DNA of 64,000 nucleotides from an uncultured Gemmatimonadales bacterium (GTDB lineage Bacteria; Gemmatimonadota; Gemmatimonadetes; Gemmatimonadales; GWC2-71-9), in contig CAWJIM010000023.1 in NCBI GenBank assembly GCA_963842945.1, positions 192,001 through 256,000 on the forward strand, read 5' to 3'. Of the stretch, positions 23,334-35,382 are shown piece by piece. Numbering within the stretch: position 1 is the first letter of the stretch; each line of letters starts with the position of its first letter. Below the pieces are notes generated by a model. That model ran no database searches. It saw nothing but the letters and a program-made list of their open reading frames with translations, and was not told the DNA's origin. The translations under genes and the position numbers were made by a program.

Positions 23334-23351
23334 ATGGGCAACATTGCCGAT
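23334..23351. promoter_or_regulatory. Imperfect palindrome upstream of the LuxR gene
   Basis: ATGGGCAA-CA-TTGCCGAT, 7 of 8 positions symmetric, 21 nt before the GTG. Confidence 0.35.
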
Positions 23352-23372
23352 AGATGACGCTGTGAGGTAGCC

Positions 23373-23825
23373 GTGAACAAAAGTCCAGGAAACCTTGCCC
23401 GAGACCTGAGTCAGCTGCCGCTCGATACCACCGATCGCCTGCGGGATCTGCTTTCCTCATTCTCAGCCCTGCGTAGCAGCAACCGCAATCTAGTGGCCCA
23501 GCTTCGGGGCTCGATCTACGAGCTCCGAGAGCACCGGCGCAGACTTAAACAGCAATACATCCTGGAGATCTCGGCCCAGCGAAACAGCGAAGACCGACCA
23601 AGCGTGCGCCGGGAGTTTGGGTTGACCCGGCGGGAGGAGCAGGTGGCTCACCTCCTGAGCCAGGGACGTTCCAACCAGGCCATTGCCCGCGAGCTCAAGA
23701 TCAGCGAGCACACTGCGCGGCATCATACCCAGAGAATTCTCTCCAAGCTCGAGGTACATTCCCGCGGCGAGGCGGCAGCGAAAATTCGCGGCAGGATCCC
23801 CTCCGTCATCAGCAATTCTCTCTAG
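23373..23825 (+). CDS. LuxR-type HTH regulator with coiled-coil N-terminus and no receiver domain
   Basis: LTRREEQVAHLLSQGRSNQAIARELKISEHTARHHTQRILSKL; RBS GAGG. Confidence 0.88.
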   Translation: MNKSPGNLARDLSQLPLDTTDRLRDLLSSFSALRSSNRNLVAQLRGSIYELREHRRRLKQQYILEISAQRNSEDRPSVRREFGLTRREEQVAHLLSQGRSNQAIARELKISEHTARHHTQRILSKLEVHSRGEAAAKIRGRIPSVISNSL

Positions 23826-24212
23826 ATATCTCATCCCTGCTGGTGACGCGGGGTGCGGGCTTCGTTGGCTGCTTGGCCCAGCTGCGGTCAGCTCCTCGAG
23901 GCCGAAGACTGTGGACCCAGGCTCTCCCGCTGAATGGGAGGATTGGCTCGCCGAACTGCGGAATAGGAGTGGGTTGACACTGTCCTGCAGGTTGCGGCGT
24001 CCCGGGAGGAATTCAGCGCTCCGTTCATCCGCCCCGGCAAACCGGCTTGGTGGGAGGAGTGGGGCGAGCGAAACCAGGAAGCCGGTAAGTAGCCGCTAAC
24101 CACTTGTGGCATAACGGCTCGCACCGGCGGGCCGCTCCCACCCCATTGGGGTTCTTCCAGCTTGCCGCAGCAAAAGTAGCCGGAGAGTCGTGCCCAGGGT
24201 CAATGGGAGGCA

Positions 24213-24227
24213 GGGCATCGAACTTGC
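24213..24227 (+). promoter_or_regulatory. Putative sigma54 promoter of the ABC exporter
   Basis: GGGCATC-GAAC-TTGC(T), exact GG/GC spacing, 31 nt before the ATG. Confidence 0.5.
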
Positions 24228-24258
24228 TCGTTCGGCCTGCGACTCCATCCCTGCTTCG

Positions 24259-26027
<1,769 letters not shown>

Positions 26028-26535
26028 CTACTCGTCTTCCAGTGCGGTGAACGGCGGAACGTTGGTGAGCCAGAATCCCGCCAGTCCTCCCTGCGGATCC
26101 ACCTCGACATAGAAATTATCGGCCGCCCGGACGCACTCGACCGGGCGCCGGGGGCCGATCTGCAGGTGGAACACACTCTCCGCGCTGTTGGTCTGCACCG
26201 AGAGCGTGGTGTCCACCTCGAGAGATGCGACCCCGGGCCGGGAGGGCCGGGAGGGCAGCACCACCCGGCCATCGGTCAGCTTGGCCGGCACCCCCAAGTC
26301 GCCCGGTGGTGACCTCGGGCCAAACCACGACATCCAGGCCACAGATCACTCCGTTGTTCACGTCCAGAACGGCAACGGAGCCCTCTGCGTCGGTCAGCTC
26401 GACCGTGCCGGTCAGCCCGCCGCTCTTCCGGTTTCCCTTGAACGCGCCCGACAGAATGTCCGTCTCGGGATCCCAGCGCCAGTTGATGTTGGGCAGCGCT
26501 CCGCTCAGCGGCTCGATCCTGGCTTCGATGCTCAT
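26028..26535 (-). CDS. Hypothetical protein with two DUF2283-like halves (frameshifted)
   Basis: ORFs 26116-26556 and 26028-26342 join near 26305; WDPETDIL...[13 protein letters not shown] and NSAESVFHL...[14 protein letters not shown]. Confidence 0.6.
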
Positions 26536-26545
26536 CCCACCGATC

Positions 26546-27758
26546 TCAGGCTGCACGGGCGGAGGCCAGGCGTCGGATCAGCCGGAGGGTACGGTCCAGC
26601 CCCTTCTCCAGCTCGGCATCGGAAACCGCGTAGCTCAGCCGGACCCAGCGATCATCGGCGAAGGCTGCCCCTGGCACCAGGGCGACACCCTCCTGCTTCA
26701 TCAGCTGCTCGCAGAACCCCTGGCCGGTCACCGGGTCCCGCTCCCGAATGCCGTCCACCCGGAAGAAGAAGTAGAAGGCGCCATGGGGCTCAACGAATTC
26801 GATGCCCGGCACTTCGTCGCGGAATCGGTCCACCAGGTAATCGCGGCGGCGGCGGAATGCAGCAACCATCCGTGACACCTCGGCGTCTACCCGCTCATCA
26901 GTGAATGCTGCGGCGGCGGCCCACTGGGCCGGATGGTTGGCGCCCGTGGTGGTGTGCGACTGAAGCGCGGCCATGGCCTTGGTGACGTGGGGCGGGGCCA
27001 GCGCGGCGCCGATGCGCCATCCGGTCATCGCGTAGGCCTTACTCGCTCCGTAGATGATCACCGTGCGCTCGAGCAACTCGTCGGGCAAATCCAGGAGTGA
27101 TGGCGCAGGGCCCGGACCGTAATTGATCCGGCGGTAGATCTCGTCTGAGATGATCCAGATGTCGTTCTTCTTGGCCCATTCGGCGATGGCCTTGAGCTCG
27201 GCCTGGGTGTAGACCGATCCGGTCGGGTTGCAGGGCGAGCAGAGGATAAGTCCCCGGGTGAGCTTGTGGCTCATCCGGTCCAAGTCCCTGACACTCACCT
27301 TCAGTCCCCACTCGGGGTCGCCCGGCACCAGCACCGGCTCGGCGCGGGTGAGATGCACGATCTGCGGATACGAGACCCATGCGGGCGAAGGGATGAGTAC
27401 CCGGTCCTTGGGCCCGAAAAGGGTAAAGCATGCGTTGAAGATGGACTGCTTGGAGCCGGAGCTGACTACGATCTGTTCGGGGTCGACCGGCCGGCCCCCC
27501 GACATCAGGGACAGCTGCCGGGCAATCCCCCGTCCGAAGCTCCGCGATCCCGACGTTCGGTGGATAGCGGGTGAGTCCTTTCTGGATGGCCTGAATGCCG
27601 GCCTGGGCGGCTGGAGCCGGTGTGTCGAAATCCGGCTCCCCCACGCCGAGATCCAGCACGTCCTCGCCCGCCGCCTTGCGGCGTTTGGCCTCGTTGCTGA
27701 TGGCGACCGTCTCCGACGCCTTGAGATGCTGTACGTTGATCGACAATGGATCGGGCAT
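26546..27758 (-). CDS. PLP-dependent aminotransferase class I/II, AspC-like (frameshifted)
   Basis: LGVGEPDFDTP, CSPCNPTG, ISDEIY, SKAYAMTGWRIG, VRLSYA. Confidence 0.92.
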
Positions 27759-27889
27759 CCAGCGGGTCCACGATGGGGGTGATGTGCGGAAGAGACCGGG
27801 GAAAACTTTGGCCCACGGGCTGGCGATGTCAACCGCCGCGCACTTAGCTTGGTGCTCTAGCGACGTCCTGCACTCCCGCCGGAGAACCT

Positions 27890-29339
27890 GTGCCCTCCTT
27901 CGAAGAACTCCATATCCACCCATCCATCGCCCGAGTCCTGGACCAGCGAGGGTGGACGCCGGACGCGGCCGTGGCGCGAGACGTGGCTCCGACAGCGGCT
28001 CGGGGCCACAATCTGGTAGCGGTGACTCCTCCCATTCCGGCCTATGCGGCCCCGGCAGTCGCTGGCGTGCTCAGCCGAGTGGAGCGGGGGAAGCCGGCAC
28101 TGATCCTGGTGCCATCGGTACAGCTGGAAGAGTGGGGAGCGCTGATAGCAGACCTGGCCCGGGATGCATCGCTATCGATTCAGGTTGGCCGGGGTCCCAG
28201 TCGAGCCATGCGACGACTGCGGGGAGAATCGCTGGACGTCCTGGTGACCACCCTGGAGACCGCGCTGCAGCTGGTTGCCCGTTCCGCGCTCAGGATGGAA
28301 ACGGTGGGTGCGCTCGTTCTGGCCTGGCCCGAATTGCTGCCCGATGACGACAGCGTCATGCAGCTGATGCAGGATCTGCCCCGGGAGGCGCAACGGGTCG
28401 TCTACACGGCGGAGCCCGCCCGGGTTAACGCATGGGTGGATCGCTACGCACGAAAGGCACTCACGGTTGGCGTCGACCCGGTGGAAAGAAGTCCGCTCGG
28501 CCCGGTCCGCACGGTGGCTACCCCTTGGAACAGGCGAGTTCAGGCCCTGGCTGATGTGATCGAGGTGGTCGATCCAACTTCGTTGGTGGTCTGGACTGCC
28601 GACCGGGGATACCATGAACCAATCCGTCGTTGGGTCGCCGGCAGCCAGTCAGACCTTGAGCTGGCCGTGGGCGATGCGCCGGCGGCCAACACGATTATCG
28701 CCTTTGATCTGCCGGCTCGGGATCGACTCGAACAGCTGCTCGGTGCCGGCGAGGTGATCCTGCTGGTTCCCACCGGTACAGAGAGTTACGTAGCTCGCAT
28801 CGCGGCTCCTCGACGCCCGCTGCAGCTGCCGGGGCCGCTCGACGCGGCGCGGTCGGCCGAATCGCTGCAGCGACAGGAGATCCAGAGCATGATCGAGACC
28901 GGACAGGGATCCCGGGCTCTTCTCACGCTGGCTCCCCTGTTCGAGCGGTACGATGCTCCCAGCGTGGCGGCGGCTCTCTTCGAGCTCTGGCGCGGCACGG
29001 CCAAGGCAGCACCGGCACCGGAACCCCGCGACCTCGGAGACGGCCAAAGTGTATGTCGGAGCGGGCAAGAAGGATGGAGTTACGGCCAACGACCTGGTGG
29101 CGGTGCTCACCAAGGAGTTGCGCTTCGACCGGACTCAGATCGGGAGAATCGAGCTCCGCGACGGGTATTCATTGATCGAGCTCCCGGCCCAGGAAGCGGA
29201 ACGGCTGGCCGGCCAGCTGAATGGCGCCACGATTCGGCGAAAGCGGGTATCCGCCCGAGTGGATCGAGGGCCCACTCGCCCCCGGCCGGAAGAGAGTGGC
29301 GGCCGAAGCAGGCCGGCCCGCAGAACCAACTCGCGTTAA
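27890..29339 (+). CDS. Degenerate DEAD-box helicase-like protein with DbpA RNA-binding domain (frameshifted)
   Basis: Q-motif-like SFEELHI, ALILVPS, DVLVTT; C-terminal VYVGAGKKDGVTANDLVAVL..IGRIELRDGYSLIEL after a frameshift near 29030; Walker A and DEAD absent. Confidence 0.8.
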
Positions 29340-29626
29340 CGCTTCCGGTTCACCAGGTCTCGCAAGGAGCGACTGGCCCGGAACGTCGGCACCATTCCGG
29401 CTTTGATGTCACTCGCCTTGCCAGTACGGGGGTCTCGCCATTCCCGGGCAGCCCGCTTCCTGGTCTCGAAGGTGCCAAACCCGGAGATCGCAATCTTTCC
29501 CCCCCGCTTGAGTTCCGACGCAAGAATGCCGCTGGGCGAGAAAAAGAGCTCGGCGATCTCGGCCGCCTTGGCCTTGCTGAGGCCCAGCTGCTTGGCAACC
29601 GCGGCAACGAGGTCCTGCTTGTTCAC
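29336..29626 (-). CDS. hup: HU-family DNA-binding protein
   Basis: MNKQDLV, ISGFGTFETRKRAAR, DPRTG, PTFRAS. Confidence 0.93.
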   Translation of the reverse strand: MNKQDLVAAVAKQLGLSKAKAAEIAELFFSPSGILASELKRGGKIAISGFGTFETRKRAAREWRDPRTGKASDIKAGMVPTFRASRSLRDLVNRKR

Positions 29627-29766
29627 GGAGAGTTCCTTAGTCTAGATCTTTGAGGTACCCTGATAGTAAGCCGCTCTCGGGAATTGGCCACACGGTGAGC
29701 GGCCGTGGTGGCTCTCTGCAGATTCTGGGACGTAGAATGTTCGAGTGACAAATCGAGAGGATGAGC

Positions 29767-30372
29767 TTACAACAACGCCGTTTGATCTTCGTCCCGGCGA
29801 GGCACCTTATGACAGTGGCGGCAGCGCGCCTGGTAGCTCTCCCGGCCTCCGATCATAATGGTCGGTGAGTCGTACCGGGCCGGCTTGCCATCGATCAGCC
29901 GCTGGTTGCGACAGGCGGGGTCACCGCAGAGCACGCAAATAGCCTGAAGCTTGTCCACCATTTCGGCCACCGCCATGAGATCTCCCATCGAGCCGAATGG
30001 CTGTCCCCGGAAGTCAGTGTCGGTACCGGCAAGGATCACCCGCACACCGCGGCCGGCAAGCTCGGTGGCCACGGGCACGATCTGCGGATCCAGGAACTGC
30101 GCCTCATCGATGGCGATGATCTGGGTGTCCGGGCGCACCAGCCGGAATATTTCGCCCGCCGAGTCCACCGGGCTTGCCTCCAGCTCAGTGCCGTCGTGAC
30201 TGGAGACGCTGTATAGCCCGGTGTAACGGCTGTCCAGATGGGACTTGAAGACTTGGACCTTGCGGCGGGCAATGGTGGCCCGGCGGACCCGGCGAATGAG
30301 CTCCTCGCTCTTGCCGCTGAACATGACGCCGCTGATGACCTCGACCCACCCCGGATGTGCCCCGTAGTTCAT
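29767..30372 (-). CDS. tdk: Thymidine kinase
   Basis: [32 protein letters not shown] and CRHC Zn site. Confidence 0.96.
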   Translation of the reverse strand: MNYGAHPGWVEVISGVMFSGKSEELIRRVRRATIARRKVQVFKSHLDSRYTGLYSVSSHDGTELEASPVDSAGEIFRLVRPDTQIIAIDEAQFLDPQIVPVATELAGRGVRVILAGTDTDFRGQPFGSMGDLMAVAEMVDKLQAICVLCGDPACRNQRLIDGKPARYDSPTIMIGGRESYQARCRHCHKVPRRDEDQTALL

Positions 30373-30423
30373 TCCCCGTCCTGGCCGTTGTTATGATGGT
30401 TGCCGAGAAGAGGGACAAAATGC

Positions 30424-30500
30424 AGGGTCGAGGGTCAAGGGTCTAGAGCCTCTATTCGCGACCCTCGACGCTAGACTCTCGACCCTAGACTTTAGACCTT
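30424..30500. repeat. Inverted arrays of heptamer tandem repeats
   Basis: AGGGTCG AGGGTCA AGGGTCT, spacer, then GACCCTC GACGCTA GACTCTC GACCCTA GACTTTA GACCTT. Confidence 0.85.
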
Positions 30501-30505
30501 CCACC

Positions 30506-31109
30506 ATGCTCTCCGTAGCCCTGACCGGGAACATCGGCGCAGGCAAGTCGACCATCGCGGAGCTGTTCCGCCGCTGGGGCGCCACCATCATAGACTCCGA
30601 CCAGCTCGTCCGTGAGGCCCAGATGCCCGGGCGCCCGGCGCTTGCAGCGGGTCGCCGACCGGTTCGGCCGGCAGATGATCCGTCCCGACGGGACCCTGGA
30701 CCGCGCCAAGCTCCGGGCCGTGGTTCTGGCGGATCCGCAGGCTCTGGAAGCGCTCAACAGCCATCATGCATCCCGAGGTGCACCGGCGCAGGCGGGAGCT
30801 TCTGGCGGAAGCGCGGGCCCGAGGAGATCGGGTCGTCGTCAGCGACATTCCCCTCCTGTTCGAGGCGGCCGATCCATCGGAGTTCGATGCGGTGGTGCTG
30901 GTCGACGCGCCGGAGTCGATTCGCCGGGAACGCTTGCTGACAGTCGCGCTCGTTGCCGGCAGCACGAGCTCGACCGGCTGATTTCCGCCCAGCTCCCGTC
31001 GGCCTCGAAGCGGCGCCGCAGCGATTACGTGATCGAAAACGAGGGGGACCATCAGGCGCTGGAACGGTCGGCGGGATCGGTATGGAAGGCCTTGCTCGCG
31101 CGCGCTTGA
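30506..31109 (+). CDS. coaE: Dephospho-CoA kinase (frameshifted)
   Basis: VALTGNIGAGKST, IIDSD, DGTLDRAKL, MHPEV, DIPLLFE, SDYVIENEG. Confidence 0.93.
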
Positions 31110-31158
31110 CCTCGTCCCTCGGCCCACCTATCCTCCGTCGCGCCACCACATTGGAGAG

Positions 31159-31554
31159 ATGCACGTGTCGAACGTGCCGGACGACCTGGGATACACCGCT
31201 GAGCACGAGTACATCGCGCGCACCGACGATCCCGCCGTGATCAAGATCGGCATTACCGACTATGCCCAAGGTGAGCTGGGCGATGTGGTGTTCGTTCGCC
31301 TGCCCAAATCCGGCGAGCGGTTGGATGCCCACCAGGCCTTCGGTGAAATCGAGGCCGTCAAAGCCGTCTCCGAGCTCTACAGCCCGGTAGCGGGGGAAGT
31401 GGTCGAGATCAACGAGGCGCTGGACGGTGATTCAGGAGTGGTGAACCGGGATCCGTATGGTGACGGATGGATGATCAAGCTTCGGGTCGGCAATCCCGGC
31501 GATCTCAAGAACCTTCTGACCGCCAAGGCCTATCGGTCTCATATCGGTGAGTGA
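31159..31554 (+). CDS. gcvH: Glycine cleavage system H protein
   Basis: GITDYAQGELGDVVFV, lipoyl-lysine EAVKAVSELYSPVAG, VNRDPYGDGW. Confidence 0.96.
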   Translation: MHVSNVPDDLGYTAEHEYIARTDDPAVIKIGITDYAQGELGDVVFVRLPKSGERLDAHQAFGEIEAVKAVSELYSPVAGEVVEINEALDGDSGVVNRDPYGDGWMIKLRVGNPGDLKNLLTAKAYRSHIGE

Positions 31555-31615
31555 CGGTAGGGTCGATGCTACCAGAAACGGTTACGTCCCGGACACGGAC
31601 GATTCATGACACATG

Positions 31616-31647
31616 ATGCCTCGAGAGCGTGGTTCTCGAGGCATTTT
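31616..31647 (+). terminator. Terminator-like hairpin between gcvH and gcvP
   Basis: ATGCCTCGAGAGC-GTG-GTTCTCGAGGCAT followed by TTT. Confidence 0.65.
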
Positions 31648-31669
31648 GCTATGTCGTTGAGGAGCAAGG

Positions 31670-34612
31670 ATGGCCTACAGACTTTCTCAGGATGAGATCA
31701 AGGTGACCAGCATCCTTGGTCGGAAGCTGAGTACTCCCACGCTGGACGTGCTGCACCCCTCTCACTTCGCTTATCGGCACATCGGACCGCGCCGCGCCGA
31801 TGTCGAAGAGATGCTGGACCTGCTCGGCTATTCCTCGCTGGAAAGCTTCATTGATGCAGTCGTTCCGGAGGAGATCCGGCTCCGCCGGCCGCTCGCTCTG
31901 CCTCCCGGACGGAGCGAGCGCGAGGTGCTTCAGGCCCTGCGTGGTCTGGCCGGGATGAACCGGGTGTTTCGATCCTTCATCGGCATGGGATACGCCGGCT
32001 GCTTCACTCCTCAGGTGATCCAGCGCAATGTGTTGGAGAACCCCGGCTGGTACACCGCCTATACCCCCTACCAGGCAGAGATCGCCCAGGGGCGGTTGGA
32101 GGCCCTGCTCAACTTTCAGACCGTGGTGTCCGACCTGACCGGTCTCGAAGTCGCGAACGCATCGTTGCTCGACGAGGCAACCGCCGCAGCCGAGGCGATG
32201 AACCTGAGCCTGGCGGTACGCAGCGCGAGAGGCCAACCGGTCTATCTGGTGGATGATCGCTGCCATCCTCAGACCATCGCCGTGGTTCGCACCCGGGCCG
32301 AGGCGCGGGGCATAATGGTCCGCCTGGCCGACCCCACTACGTTCACCTTCGACCCCGACGTGATCGGCGCGCTGGTGCAGTATCCGGCCACCGACGGCGA
32401 GGTGCGCGACTTCCGGGCCGTGTGCGAGCGGGCCCACGCGGCCGGCGCGCTGGTTACCGCCGCCACGGACCTTCTCAGTCTGACCCTGCTTACGCCTCCC
32501 GGCGAGTGGGGCGCCGATGTAGCGGTGGGAAACAGCCAACGTTTCGGCGTTCCCATGGGATATGGCGGGCCCCACGCCGCCTTCTTCGCTACCAAAGAGG
32601 CCTACAAGCGATACCTGCCCGGACGAATCATCGGGGTCTCGAAGGACCGAGATGGACGTCCGGCTCTCCGGATGGCGCTGCAGACGCGCGAGCAGCACAT
32701 CCGGCGGGACAAGGCCACCAGCAACGTCTGCACGGCCCAGGTGCTCCTCGCCGTGATGGCCAGCATGTACGCGGTCTATCACGGGCCGGCGGGTCTCCGT
32801 CGCATTGCCGAGCGGGTACACGCCCGGACGGTCATCCTGGCCAACGCTCTCCGCCGCCTGGGCTATCGGGTGGTTTACGAGGATTACTTCGACACGATCT
32901 GCGTGGAGGCGGAAGGCTGGGCTCTGCCGCGGCTGCTGGATGCCGCCCGAGTGCGGAACATCAACCTGCGGCAGCTATCGCCCACGCGCCTCTGCGTAGC
33001 CCTCGACGAAACCGTTACTCTCGGCGACGTGGCGGACCTGATCACCATCTTCTCGCTCAATGAAGCGCTTCCCTTCATGCTGGAGGACATCGGCACCAAG
33101 CGGGAACGCGCCATCCCCAAGGCCCTCAGCCCGGACCAGCTCCTACCTCGAGCACCCGGTGTTCCACCGGCACCATTCCGAAACCGAGATGCTCCGCTAC
33201 ATCAAGCGGCTGGAAGCCAAGGACCTGTCATTGACCTCGGCGATGATTCCGCTGGGGTCCTGCACCATGAAGCTGAACGCCACTACCGAGATGATGCCGG
33301 TGAGCTGGAGAGAGTTCAACCGGCTGCACCCGTTTGCCCCGCGGGATCAGGCCGCCGGGTATCAGCTGCTGTTCAACCAACTGGAGTATCAGCTGGCGGA
33401 GATCACCGGATTTGCGTCGGTGTCGCTGCAGCCCAACGCAGGGTCTCAGGGCGAATACGCCGGGCTCCTCGTGATCCGTGCCTACCACCGCTCCCGGGGC
33501 GAATCGCACCGCATCACCTGCCTCATTCCGCAGTCGGCCCACGGCACCAATCCCGCCAGCGCCGTAATGGCCGGGATGCAGGTGGTGGCCGTGAAGAGCG
33601 ACGCCCGGGGCAACATCGACCTGGAAGATCTCAGAGCCAAGGCGGCGAAACACCGGGAGACTCTGGCCGCGCTGATGATCACCTATCCCTCGACCCACGG
33701 CGTGTTCGAAGGGTCAGTGCGGGAGATCTGCCGGGTGATTCACGAGCATGGCGGGCAGGTGTACATGGATGGCGCCAACATGAACGCGCAGGTGGGTCTC
33801 TGCCGTCCGGGCGACATCGGAGCCGACGTGTGCCACCTGAACCTTCATAAGACCTTCTGCATTCCTCATGGCGGCGGAGGACCGGGCATGGGGCCCATCG
33901 GCGTCGCGGCGCACCTGGTGCCGTTTCTGCCCGGGCACCCGATCGTGGACCTGGACCATTCGGCGGCCTGCGGCACGGTATCGGCGGCTCCATGGGGAAG
34001 CGCGGCCATCCTGCCGATCTCCTGGGCGTACATCGCTCTCATGGGATATGACGGTCTGAGCGAAGCCACTCAGATCGCCATCCTCAACGCCAACTACGTT
34101 GCCCGCCGTCTGGCCGACCACTATCCCCTGCTCTACACCGGACAGAATGGGCTGGTAGCTCATGAGTGCATCATCGATACCCGGCCCTACAAGAGCTTCG
34201 GCCGGCGTCGATGTGGAGGACATTGCCAAGCGAATCATAGACTACGGTTTTCATCCTCCCACGGTCTCCTTCCCGGTGCCCGGGACCCTCATGGTCGAGC
34301 CTACCGAAAGCGAATCCAAGGAGGAGCTCGACCGCTTCTGCGACGCGCTCATTTCCATCCGGGAGGAAATTCGGGAGATCGAGGAGGGACGGGCTGACCG
34401 GGAGAATAATCTGCTGACCAATGCGCCTCATACGCTGGAGCAGGTGATCTCCGATAACTGGGACCGGCCGTATTCCCGTGAGCGAGCGGCCTACCCGTCA
34501 CGCGGAGGTGCGGCAGCACAAGGTGTGGCCCACGGTAGGCCGGATCGACAGCGCCTACGGAGACCGCAATCTGGTGTGCAGCTGTCCTCCGATCGAGGCC
34601 TATGGAGCCTAG
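31670..34612 (+). CDS. gcvP: Glycine dehydrogenase (decarboxylating), single-chain (frameshifted)
   Basis: [74 protein letters not shown]. Confidence 0.96.
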
Positions 34613-35382
34613 CTGGCAGGCTGTGGGTGGATGAGACTGCCCGTCCCGGCTGGTCCAACATGTCGATTGACATGGCGCTTCTGGATCGAGCCGAGCAGCA
34701 GGCCGAAAGCTGGTTCCGACTCTATCGCTGGGAGCCGGGGTGCCTATCGTTTGGGCGGCACGAGCCGGCGTCTCGCCGCTACGATGCGGAGCGGATTGGT
34801 CGGTTAGGGCTGGATGCCGTAAGACGTCCGACCGGTGGACGTGCCGTGTGGCACGAATCCGAGCTGACCTATGCGGTCGCGTGCCCTTGCTCCCGATTCC
34901 CTTCCCTGCGGGACGCATATTTGGAGATTCACCGACTCCTGGCGGAGGCGCTGCGGAGCGTCGGGATCGAGGCCGTCCTGGCCCCGCGGAGTCCGCACAC
35001 GCGGCACTGGACTCGGGGGCCTGTTTTTCCCAGCCTGCCGGCGGCGAGGTGTTGGTGAATGGCCGAAAAGTGATCGGCAGTGCCCAGCTGAGACGCGGGC
35101 GGCGCGCTGCTCCAACACGGGTCCATACTGCTGCGCGACGATCAGCATCGGGTCGGAGACCTGGTTCAGGGCGGCTCGGGCTTATCTCCCTCAGCGCTGG
35201 ACGAGCCCCGTCTCCCCTCGCCCGGTTGCGGCCTCAGGAACTGGCTGAAGCCGTCACCGCGTCGGCCAGCATCCGCTGGGCTCCAGTCCGGGCCTGCCCC
35301 GACCGAACCTGGCGGGGTCCTCGATAGAGCGGCCCTGCACTACCCGCAATTCCGGTCCGCCGCGTGGACCTGGGCCAGATAA
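34602..35382 (+). CDS. Lipoate-protein ligase A / octanoyltransferase family (frameshifted)
   Basis: [57 protein letters not shown]. Confidence 0.88.

Noticed and set aside
31555..31669. Glycine riboswitch before gcvP
   Set aside because: The conserved aptamer elements were not seen; only a simple hairpin is present.
34162..35058. Apparent GcvP-lipoate ligase fusion ORF
   Set aside because: GcvP ends normally at [15 protein letters not shown] (34612) in another frame, and the ligase has its own ATG at 34602.
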